Shown here piece by piece: positions 28,990 to 39,250 of a DNA stretch of 64,000 bases. The stretch is from Selaginella moellendorffii. Its lineage: Eukaryota; Plantae; Lycopodiophyta. The notes under the pieces are model-generated. The model worked only from the letters and a program-made list of their open reading frames with translations. It had not been told where the DNA came from and did not search any database. Both the position numbers and the translations under genes were made by a program. Positions within the stretch are counted from its first letter, which is position 1. Every line of letters starts with the position of its first letter. The stretch spans positions 1 to 64,000 of the forward strand of contig NW_003314437.1 in assembly GCF_000143415.4 (NCBI RefSeq), given 5' to 3'.

Positions 28990-29625
28990 TTTATTCAGTA
29001 AAATGGGACTAGGTACAAATTTTCAAGTATTTGAAAATGACGTGAAATTATATGTTTTTTGTCCAGGGGCTAGACATATCTGGGGCATGGTGACTAGCGC
29101 GGTGACTTTATGTCCAGACTGAGTCCATCTGGTTGTATAATAAATCTCATTGTCAAGGTGAACAAGCCGAATCTGAAGCTAAAGAAGAGCGATGGCATGC
29201 GCGCACACACTATTTGTTTGTTCATTGAGCGTGTGGTGAGCTTTCCAAGATGAACGTCATTCCTATTAGCCAGACATATAACTTAATGGTGAGAACATTT
29301 AGATATTATTCAATGTTATCTTTTTCTAACGAATCTAATTGTGAAGGTGTAGCAAGAGGCATTGCTAGTCTGGAGAAGTCATTTAACTCATTTGACCCTT
29401 AGTGTATTTTCATGAAACTAAATAACATTCATATTATTAAGAAATTTCTCTAGTACCTTTTTTTTACGACATAGAGGCTTGCATTTCTTTCAAAGGTGAT
29501 TTAGTAAAAGGCCTGAGGGCACATGCCATTCTATTTCTCAGACCGGTATTAAGATATACTAGTGCAAAGGGAAAAAGGTATTTGGTGATCAAGTAAATGG
29601 CATGAGGGCACACGCCATTATAAGC

Positions 29626-29985
29626 CTAAGCGCTAGTGGACACCTCCTTTTTGGTACTCTCAGCGGTACTCTCATCCTTCTCCGGGTCAGTTGTTTTGCT
29701 TTGGATTGTTGTCTCTAACGTTACTGGGGCGTTCTCGATAGTTGTTAATGTTGCCGTTTGTTCAGAAAAATGATCACCTGGAGTATAGTACGGGGAGTTT
29801 GGAAGACTTATATATTCTACATCTTCACCTATCTCCTTCTCCGTCTCCTTTTCTGCCTCACTTACAGATTTTGTGCTTGCCATGAGAACGCTCTTCACCC
29901 TAAAATATGGAGTTCGTTGTGTTATAAAAGGAAACCAACACACACGCTGCAAGGGAATGATGGTACATAAAGCACGTAAGCCCAC
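29626..29985 (-). CDS. Small Ser/Thr/acidic ORF, possible exon of a third element gene
   Basis: 119-aa ORF conserved in copy 2 (53077-53436, one aa change). Followed on the minus strand by GT...AG intron-like segments containing the 22-bp palindrome. Confidence 0.3.
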   Translation of the reverse strand: MGLRALCTIIPLQRVCWFPFITQRTPYFRVKSVLMASTKSVSEAEKETEKEIGEDVEYISLPNSPYYTPGDHFSEQTATLTTIENAPVTLETTIQSKTTDPEKDESTAESTKKEVSTSA

Positions 29986-30174
29986 AATATGGGTTTATGT
30001 GCCATTAATATGGGCCACACGCCATATTATAAGATTTATGCACGTGTGATTGGTAAATGCATATGTCACATCATCTTTGTTTTACCTCACACACTATATC
30101 AAGCCTCCTCTGATTCAGATTCGGATTGTTCACCTTGAAATAAAATACATTAGAAACTTTGTAAAGGAATATTA

Positions 30175-31296
30175 TGTAAGCGACTAAATTTTTCCATTCT
30201 ACTTTAGTCACTTAACCACACCTCCAACCACTTGGAGGAGTCTCATTCACAACCTCCATAAGTCCAATCCAGGACTTGGGACTTGCTAGCCCCGAGAATG
30301 GCATCCATGCCACTCAACATTTGCACTTGGTCCAAGTGCTCCACGTGTCCGATCCCATGACCGACACTCAAAGGTACCACCGACATAGCAGCTCGTTACG
30401 CTAAGGCCATGCCCAATCACCTTTGCCACACTGGTAGTCCACTACCACTTGCATCACCGTCTTGGCTCTCCAAGACTAGGCAAACCATCCGTGAGTGGTC
30501 ATCTCAGATCCACTCCTTAGCATCCTTAGGATGCCCACCGACAAGGGGAATAGCCTTCCCCAATATCCCTCTGTCAGTTCCCACTAAGTCCCTTTCTGCC
30601 CCTGGCCGTGTTTGCCAACACTGCCACTAGATCGAGACCCACAGGCCCGACCACTAAGTCCCACGGTCCTCTGGGACTTCCTCACCACACGACTGTGTCC
30701 TTGGTCACTACCTCAGAGGACTAATCCTCTTCCTTTCCACAGTCTGGGCCTTCGGGACAACATTTCGGAACACCGTGGCCTTACGCGAGCCACCTGGGTA
30801 CTCTCCTCGCCTTTCGCCTTTAGGTGCTCTAGCCATGGGCTTAGAGCGAGGTTCCGTTGAGCCACGACAGGTGTCCAAGTAGGTAGTGCCACCCACACTT
30901 GGACTGGGAGCATCGGCCAGTCGATCTCCCGGGGGAACTAGAGCCGGCTCTTGAACACTTCACCAAGCTACCCCACTTGTCGGTCTGTGTTCACTCTAGT
31001 CTTGGACTTCCCAGTGGGCAGCTCCTCACTCAACACTGGGTCCGGCCTTCCTGGGCCAAACTGGCCTTTCCTGGCCAAACTGGCTCCACTGCAGTCCTCC
31101 CCCTACTATACTTTTGGAGCTCACCAAACCCCCCAGGGTCTGGGAGACGAACGCTTTGGGCTTTCACCCTCTCAGGCTCCGGACTCGGACTCGGACTCGG
31201 ACTCGGACTCGGACTCGGACTCGGACTCGGACTCAGACTCGGACTCGGGCTTGGGCTCGGTCTCGGCCTCGGCCTCGGTCTCGGTCTCGGTCCCGA

Positions 31297-31340
<44 letters not shown>

Positions 31341-31908
31341 CCGGTCTCGGTCTCGACTTCGGACTCCATCTCGGACTCCATCTCGGACTCCATCTCGGAC
31401 TCCATCTCGGGTCCATCTCGGGTCCATCTCGGACTCCATCTCGGACTCCATCTCGGGTCCATCTCGGACTCCATCTCGGACTCCATTTCGGGTCCCTCTC
31501 GGGTCCACCTCGGACTCCATCTCGGACTCCATCTCGGGTCCATCTCGGACTCCATTTCGGGTCCATCTCAGGTCCACCTCGGACTCCATCTCGGACTCCA
31601 CTTCGGACTCCAACTCGGGTCCATCTCGGGTCCACCTCGGACTCCACTTCGGACTCCAACTCGGGTCCATCTCGGACACTCCCACGTGTCATGTGTTGGC
31701 CCTTTTGGGTCCCCTTTTGGAGCCTCGCCTTTTGCTCGCTTCGTGTTCGTTCCTCGAGCACTTCGTTGGGAGTTCCACTCCCGCTCTTGACTTTTCAAGT
31801 CGGAGCTTTTGGTCCAAACGTGTTACGCTCGTTTGGCTCTCGCTTCGGCCACTACCATGTGGCGCCCTTCCGGCTCCACTTTGGGGCCTAGGGATTTTGT
31901 GTCTCACA
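30175..31908. mobile_element. Solo LTR (family A) with 5-bp TSD TATTA
   Basis: TG...CA ends. TATTA at 30170-30174 and 31909-31913. Empty site GGAA-TATTA-ATGAATC in copy 2 at 53613-53617. Confidence 0.95.
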
Positions 31909-31910
31909 TA

Positions 31911-34900
31911 TTAATGAATCTCACCTTGAACCCGAGTTATGAATGCTCTTGCTGCATCTCTTGCATGGTCTGGCAAGGTGATGGTGGCACTCTGCTTCCG
32001 CATCCAACCATGCACAACATTATCCACCGATATGCTCATGCTGGGATCCCTTGGATTCAGCACCCATCTCTTTTCTAGGCAATCCTTCGTATATCCGGAA
32101 CTTGGCTTGAACCACTCCACAGTTACATTGAAGGAGTTAGTTTCCGCGTCCTCCTCTGCATCAGTGATGCAGCGCCCCACCCATATCATTTGTTTTTTAT
32201 TACTGGGTCTGACAAGCACGACCATTCCTTTGCAGACCTGTACTGGATTGAATGCTGAATCCGGCTTCTTGTTCCTCGGCCCACAATAGTGATCCTCAAC
32301 ATCGTTATCTGTCACTGCATTTCCAGAGGACATTGTTCCGCTACTATCTGGTGCTCTGGGTTCTGGCCAAAAGGACTCTTTCAATTCTTCATATACAACC
32401 AGCCCATTTTGGATAGCAGATATAATCTTCTCCCAGTATTCGAGCAAAGGCTTGCACCTCTGAAAATAGGATTCTCCACCAAACACCAACCCCCTCTTCC
32501 AGAAGGCAATATGCTGTCTAATCCCGGCCACTATACTTTCCTGGTCTTTGAGTCCATCCGGGTGCATCGGCCGTGGGGAACCCTGAGGAATCATAGGTTC
32601 CCCAGTTATGGGATCTCTCTTGAAGAGTTCAATGCCGTCCACTGGCAGCCACACTGTGTCCCATTCTCTCATCTTGTACCTCATCACTGGAGCACCGTCA
32701 CACATGCTGAAATGAAACTGAAGAGGCTTGGAGTGGCCAATCAGCGTTTCGGATCCATCCCTGATGTAGCCTCTTACAAACCCCTTAAAGTCTGGAACCT
32801 CTGTCAGAAGTGCAGCTTCAACAGTGCCTTTGATGCAATTTTGGAATTCATCGTAGAGTTGTGGGAGGGTGAGGACATTGGATCGCCGGAGGGACTCTGC
32901 CAGGTGACTGAACATGGCATCGACGTCTTCATGAGTGTGCCCAACCATGAGAAAGCCAAGTGTAACCGTTTCAAATATGCCTTTGGCAACAAGCATCGCC
33001 AAGTACGCGAAGACGTACATGTTTTTGTTCTCACTGCCAGCATTGTCTGTTTGGAGCAGAAGATGGGGTGGAAGGCCACATCGGCCGCAAGAACTTCCTT
33101 GAGATTCTGCTTCGTTTGGATGAGGCTGTGCATTCACCGGGCGACCAGCCTCGTCGGAATGGCATGAGGCCTCACGTGATAACCCTACAATCTGACGGCC
33201 AACATATTCACTGGGATGGCATGGGGCCCCACGCGATACTGCAAGCCTTTGCTCCTCCTCCAGCTGAACCCTGTATGGGGTTCGATCGACAAGGGCCTTA
33301 TGCAAGGGTTGGCCGTTCAGCTCAGTCTGCGCACTTTGCAGAGACCTTAAGTGTTTTGCTAGGGACGCAATCATCATGTTTGCACCCCCGCCACCCCATA
33401 GAGGTACAAAGAAGTTCCCATAGTTCTGGGCACCATGCCCATGAGCGATTATGCCAAACAGAGACACAGGCAGCTGCATGGATGAAGAGATTGCCTTGGG
33501 GGCAGGATTGAGTCGAGGTAAGCACGTCTTTTTCTGGTCCATTTTGTCGTGGATGATGCAGAGGTAAGAGTCAGGTCTCTCCATGGAGAGAATCCTGTTA
33601 TGATAATATGCAGTCCTGCAGCTTCTCTGCTCGATGTTGTGGTCGAGCCGCCTTCTAACCAACGTCTCTCACTCTTGAGCGCTGCAAGAATTCTTCGACA
33701 AAGCCATTTTGATAGCAGTGCACTCGTCACACTTTGAAAAGCTGGAGTACTTTCCTATACTCACATCCCTGAACTTGTTGCTCCACAATCTACTAAATCT
33801 AGATTGGCTCAGCTTCCTGTAGCCATTACTCTGGAGTTCCCGATTCACATCTTCCAATATGGCCCCCTTGGTATACATGGAAGGGAGAACTCGTTGGGTG
33901 TCTCGTGTTCCATCTTCCAAGAGGCGGGTTTTATGTGGTTGCTGCTCGCTACATGTCTCGACAAACCTCTTGAAGATTGCCTCTCCATATACAACATGAC
34001 CCCTGGTTTTGTGCGTACCGTCGTTCCCATGGACTGCCTGTTGAACCCTTTGTTCCTCGAACTCAGTTTTGATTCTGTAGAATGTGGTTCGAGGGACTCC
34101 ATAAATGATTCTCCATGCCTTCATGCAGACCAAACCCCTCTGGAAGACCATGCCCCCCACCTGATGTTCTGAAGCATCAACAGATGACCGTAATGCCTCA
34201 TACACAAAATTGCGAGCTGCCTTCCAGGACAATGTCTTGTATCTTGCTCTCTCCTCTTCAATAGCATCCCAATCAGCATGTTGACAGCACCTCCTCTTGC
34301 AACAAGCAACTGTCGAGACCATTCGAACCTCCATCGCCATTTTCTGCCTTTTCGGTTCGTTGCTCAGATCCCTTTGGCTGCGCTTTAGGAAGGTGTACTT
34401 TCTTTTCCCATGAAGAGATGTTCTGTCATCAGTTGTAGTGGTGTTTGATTGTGAATCCTTCACATTCTCAAACACTAAGTGCCTCAATTTCCACCGCACA
34501 ATGCTTCCAATAGTCAGACTGTTTTCTTCTGTGTCAACAACCTCTAAAATCGCAACTCCAATATCATCCCAGCCCAATTCTTGAATAGCAACCGCATCTC
34601 TTGGATCGACAACTGTGGCTAAGCCCTCAGCTACCACCTCCCCCTCGGGGTTGTTTAGAAACACCTTGGCCTGAATCCATGTAGCACGGTTCTTAAGATC
34701 CACGGAGGGAACATGCGTCGCACTTGCGCTGTCCCCAACATCTGCTTTCTTCTGAAGATTTTTCAAGGCAACAACAACATTTACCCCGACGACCATCTCT
34801 CCTCGTTCAATAGCGACCACATTCCCATCGAAGACAGTCTCTACTGATACAGCAGCATTGCCTTCCCCAAGCCTTTGACAGTGTATAACAAAGTTCCGAT

Positions 34901-34979
34901 CCATAGACACAAGGGTCCCTTTTGCAACTCTCTTCCCACCATTCAAAATGTAAACCTTTTCCCCAACCCTGAAGGCCAT
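31911..34979 (-). pseudogene. Sola-like DDD transposase (~1022 aa), single premature TGA at 33669-33671
   Basis: The 436-aa and 583-aa ORFs are in frame across one TGA (CGA in copy 2). Motifs: CCKRRCC, VCMKAW..YGV, FSKCDEC, IIHDKMDQKKT, LQTDNAGSENKN, FLMVGHTHEDVDAMFS. The Sola assignment is by recalled motif similarity. Confidence 0.8.
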
Positions 34980-35344
34980 TCTGAAAGTGCAGAAAAGAAG
35001 TTAAGACCATACAAAAAATGATTGGAGAATGGCCTAAATCATAACATACCAAACAACCTCAATAGCATGAGGCCACATGCCATTATTCAAACATGCTATT
35101 GACACCCACGTGAAATTTCGCATTCACAAAATTGGCATGAGCCCTCATGCCATCTTGATATACACACAGCTGCAGGCAAGTAAAAACATACATGACAATA
35201 CGCTAGCCATGAAATTGCAAGGGCCCAAGATGGCATGTGGCCTCATGCCATTTCTAAATGTGGTCCTAAGCCATTCCATGGTGAACATACCAGGAAGCAC
35301 AAGTGCCGAATATCAAGAGGAAGCGGTAGCCACACCAAAGACAG

Positions 35345-35535
35345 TGCCGCTCGCAACACTGCAACTACTCGTAGCGCCGCTCGCAACACCGCAACTGCTC
35401 GTAGCGCCGCTCGCACAAACTGCCACTCGCATAAACTGCCGCTCGCAATGGCGCTCGCAATGCCGCAACCGCTCGTAGACACATAAACCACAGCCCACAA
35501 CGCCGCTTACACAAGCAGCGCTCACTGCGCTCAGC
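35345..35535. repeat. GC-rich short tandem repeats (GCCGCTCGCA/GTAGC) upstream of transposase
   Basis: 30-bp periodic units gtagcgccgctcgcaacaccgcaactgctc; conserved at 56645-56835. Confidence 0.8.
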
Positions 35536-36311
35536 GGAACCAAGAACACGGCGCACAAAAATGATAGACCTAGGAATGAGTTCGAGAATTCAAAAATAAC
35601 ACACGCTTGAACGTCACATCAAATCCTCTGACAAACCAGATCTTATGATTCCTCTGACAAATTTCAAACTGAGTAGCTTCTAGACTTTGCTGTCGGAGGT
35701 TGAACTTTGTCACATCATGTCCTTGCCTCGATCCAGCTGTGCCATGTCAGTGATTCGAACTTTGCCATGCCATGTCAGCGATCCGCGCCAAGATTATTCG
35801 CCGTGTAAAGGAATAATTACGCTGTGTGTGTACGTCCATTTATGGCAATATAAGGCCACACGCCATTCAAAGAATAATGCTCGACATAAGGCCACACGCC
35901 ATTCAAAGAATAATGCTAGTCGAGCATTTTTTGGTGCATTTTTGGGTTCAAAATTGCATGAGCCCACACGCTATAAAGTTTACCTGTACCAAAAATAGAA
36001 ACAGCTTTATTTACTTGGGAATTTAAGTGGTTGAGGCATTTTTAAACTTACAAACACATGCCCTACTTACATTCCTTTGGTTGCCTAAAATTCAAAAATA
36101 TTATAAACCTTTCTTTTTGCATTTTCAATGTTTTCAATTATGGTTTTTGATTTTCGTAGGACCAGCCTAGTAATCTATTTGCATCCCGTCATGTTTATAG
36201 CTAGCTTTCGTTCGTCCCCTTCGCTAGCCTGAGATACATCTGCTCGGCATCTGCCTCTTACAGCATTTGCCCAGAAAGGGCATCTTTCTTCACGCAGCAT
36301 TTGCCACATGA

Positions 36312-36343
36312 TTAGGGTTTAGGGTTTAGGGTTTAGGGTTTAG
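36312..36343 (+). repeat. Interstitial plant telomere repeats (TTTAGGG)~4.5
   Basis: ttagggtttagggtttagggtttagggtttag; three units in copy 2 at 57575-57595. Confidence 0.9.
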
Positions 36344-37556
36344 CAATTCAGTAGCTTGATAAACATGCAAATACAGAACTTGATGCAAAATCCTTTGATA
36401 TGTCACAATGCCCCTAGGACCATAAATACATTTCAATAGAGAGGGTCCTTTCATTTCATAACTCCTTACGTAGATCTTGGTGAAACCAGAGTTAGTGAAG
36501 TTAGTTTCTTGTGATCCCGCATCTGATTGTGATGTCCCTTTGCAGTTTCGATGGAAAGGTCAATGCACACCAAACTGTAAAATCTTGGAGCAAAATAACG
36601 GTCGGATCTATGGCAAATGCCCCTGAAACATTGTAAGGCTCGTGTGGTCTCATGTGGTGTCCGATTGAGATGCTTCTTTGCAGGGTCATCAAGAAAGACA
36701 TTGTATACCATTCTGTAAAATCTAGTTGCGATCTAACGGTTGGATCTCTAGAAAACTAAAAAAAATCTCGCGCGTGTCAGAATATCCTAGGAATATACTC
36801 CTATGTGCCCCTGAAAATGGCATGCGGCCCCACGCCATTCAAGAGATAACGGCAGATGACGCCGATAATTTTTTGGTGCATTTTTTGGGTTCAAAATTGC
36901 ATGAGCCCACACGCTATAAAGTTTATCTTTGCCAAATAGAGAAAAGTTTATCTGTGTCATGTGAGGTAGTTACAGTCCTTTGTGCTCGGCATCTGCCTCT
37001 TGCAGCATTTGCACTGAAAGGGAATTTTTCTCCATTCAGCATTTGGCCCTGAAAATGGCATGCGCCCACACGCCATTCAAGGAATAACGCCACAGGATGC
37101 CTGGATTTTTGGGTTTAAAATGTTTAGGGTTTTTTGGGTTTTTTCAAAATATTTTGGGTCCAACGTTTTTTGGGTTTCTTTGGTTCAAAATTGCATGAGC
37201 CCACACGCTATAATATTGATTTGAGAGAAAAATAGAAACAGATAGAATTTCTTTATTTAGCTGAACATCTGCCATTTTTGGAAATACAAGATGCTTTGGA
37301 ATATCCAATCATGCATGGTATAAATATAGCGAGGGTATTAAATGATATCCCAATCATGATCTTTCTTTTGGATTTCGCGTGCATGCAGTCCGAGGAATGA
37401 TGACGTTGCGGATTTCTTTTGGATTTTGCGTGCTTGCATGCGCGCGGCAATCCAGAAATTAATGGTGGCGCCTAAGTCCGAGGAATGATGACGTGGCGGG
37501 ATTACCAACCGTTGTGACATTTCGCGCGTGTGAGGTTAGGTTTTGCATTTTGCTTT

Positions 37557-37735
37557 GTACTCGCGCTTGCACACTCGCGCTCGCGCTCGCATCACACTCG
37601 CGCTCCCGCTCGCATCGTGCTCCCACTCGCGATCACGCTCACTTCTCTACAGGTTTCTCGTGTGCATCGGCGTCCACTCGCGCTTGCATCACACTCGCGC
37701 TCGCATCGCGCTCGTGTGCATCGGCGTCCACTTCA
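37557..37735. repeat. CpG-rich ACTCGCGC/TCGCATC repeats upstream of cargo gene
   Basis: Repeated actcgcgct(c/t)gcatcac units; conserved at 58810-58985. Confidence 0.75.
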
Positions 37736-38849
37736 AGACACACCCAGTTTGTAACTTCGCCGCCAACTCCACCGCCCACTCCACCACCCACACGCAGCCC
37801 ACTTGGCGTCCCGGGAGATTTCAGCACCACTCTCCAACTGTAAGTGGCAGAGTAGCCTTGCTGCTACGATCCGCTGCACACACAGTGCACATTCGCCAGC
37901 GAGTCCGGCCTCGATTGTCACGGCCTCCATTCGGCTTCAAATGGTAAGTCTTTTAGATGAAGTAGAAAATGGCATGAGGCCACATGCCATTCAGTAGCAA
38001 CATTGGCATGCACCGATTGGGCTCTCGAGTGGAGTCCGGTTACAGATGGCGTGTAGCCTCACGCCATCTTAGGATGCAGCCTCAAGACATCTGATGCAGT
38101 GGTGAATGGCGTGTGGCCTCACGTTATTTCCAGCTGCTAGCTTTTCATCTGTCAGCTCTAATTGTTGTGCATTTTTGAACAGGCGAGGAATTGCGTTCTT
38201 CTTCCAGCCACTGTCAATGTGGATGCAGAGAAGGGGGAGGAGCTCACCAGTTGGACTTTCGGGATGGAAGGCGAGGATCTGATGCTGTACAACACAGATG
38301 GTGGGAGAAAAGAATGCATGGGGATCCTCATCCAAGTGACAGACACTCCATGCAGTTCCATGCAAGAATATGGACTGGCACTTGTGGTAGAGACAGCGTC
38401 CGCCTTCAAGATCCACCTTGCACATCCTAGCGGCTTCCCGGAGGGGGGCAGCGGCTATGAGGAATTCCTAGAGGGAGCTAGGGAGAGGTTGTCCAGAAGG
38501 CCCACAATTTCAAAGACGCTGCGGGTCTATGAAGATCACATGGAATCCACGGACCTCACCTACGGCGATGTTCAAAAACTATATTCCAACATTGAGCCGT
38601 TGAGAGTGCCTCCAGTTTGCGAAGCGAAGGGGAAGGGGGTCGATCTGGAAACTACCCCGAAGCAGAAAAGGGTGGTCAAGCTCAAGCCGACGTCCGACTC
38701 TGCTGCTCCAAAAAAGAAGCTACTCGGTGATGCCATTGCCTCGGGTTCGAACACTACACCCACCAAAAAGAAGAGCCGCAAAGAGCAGAAAGAGCAAGAA
38801 GAGGCAGCAAAAATCGTCGCAGATAATAGTACTTGTTACTATTCCAACA

Positions 38850-39250
38850 AAGTATATACAATCGACGTGAGCCGTATCGACATCCAAAGCAAATACAACC
38901 ACAGGCTAGTATCTGATGAGTGGGTGGAGAAACTGAAGCAGAAGATGCTGGCAAGTCCAGTAACACCCGACATCGCAGACGTGATCCCCTACTACCGAAC
39001 AATGAAGGGCGAGACGAGGTTTCCAGACTTGATCAATAGGAAGGTGTTGGACGATCAGAACATCCGGTTCTATGCCATCTCCGGGCAGCATTCTAGCTTG
39101 GCGATGCAACAGATAGTTGTGGATATTATGGTGGGCGAGGAGGTGAAGAAAGTCTTCAAGACAAGAGTTGTCCGCCTGATAAAAGGCAACTCGCCCCTCC
39201 GATCTATCATATACATCTCCCACGCGCAGAATGTCAAGCAAGAAACGTGC
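38850..39250 (+). CDS. ParB/sulfiredoxin-like N-terminal domain (DGQHR-like variant SGQHS)
   Basis: YTIDVSRI...YNHRLVSDEWVEKLKQKM...P..ADV...RFYAISGQHSSLAMQQI follows the ParB N-terminal pattern: strand, R, helix, P-x-x-V, Y-x-I-x-G-x-H-x-x-x-A. Confidence 0.6.

Noticed and set aside
30899-31914. Long ORFs (GLGLGL, SDSDSD, RSRSRS, WSPRWSPR), also at 22778-23449 and 49337-50245
   Set aside because: Artefacts of stop-free 6/12-bp tandem repeats inside LTRs; open in most frames.
32289-33511. Antisense ORFs overlapping the transposase and cargo genes (e.g. 292 aa, 202 aa)
   Set aside because: Shadow ORFs with no motifs; the 292-aa ORF is broken in copy 2.
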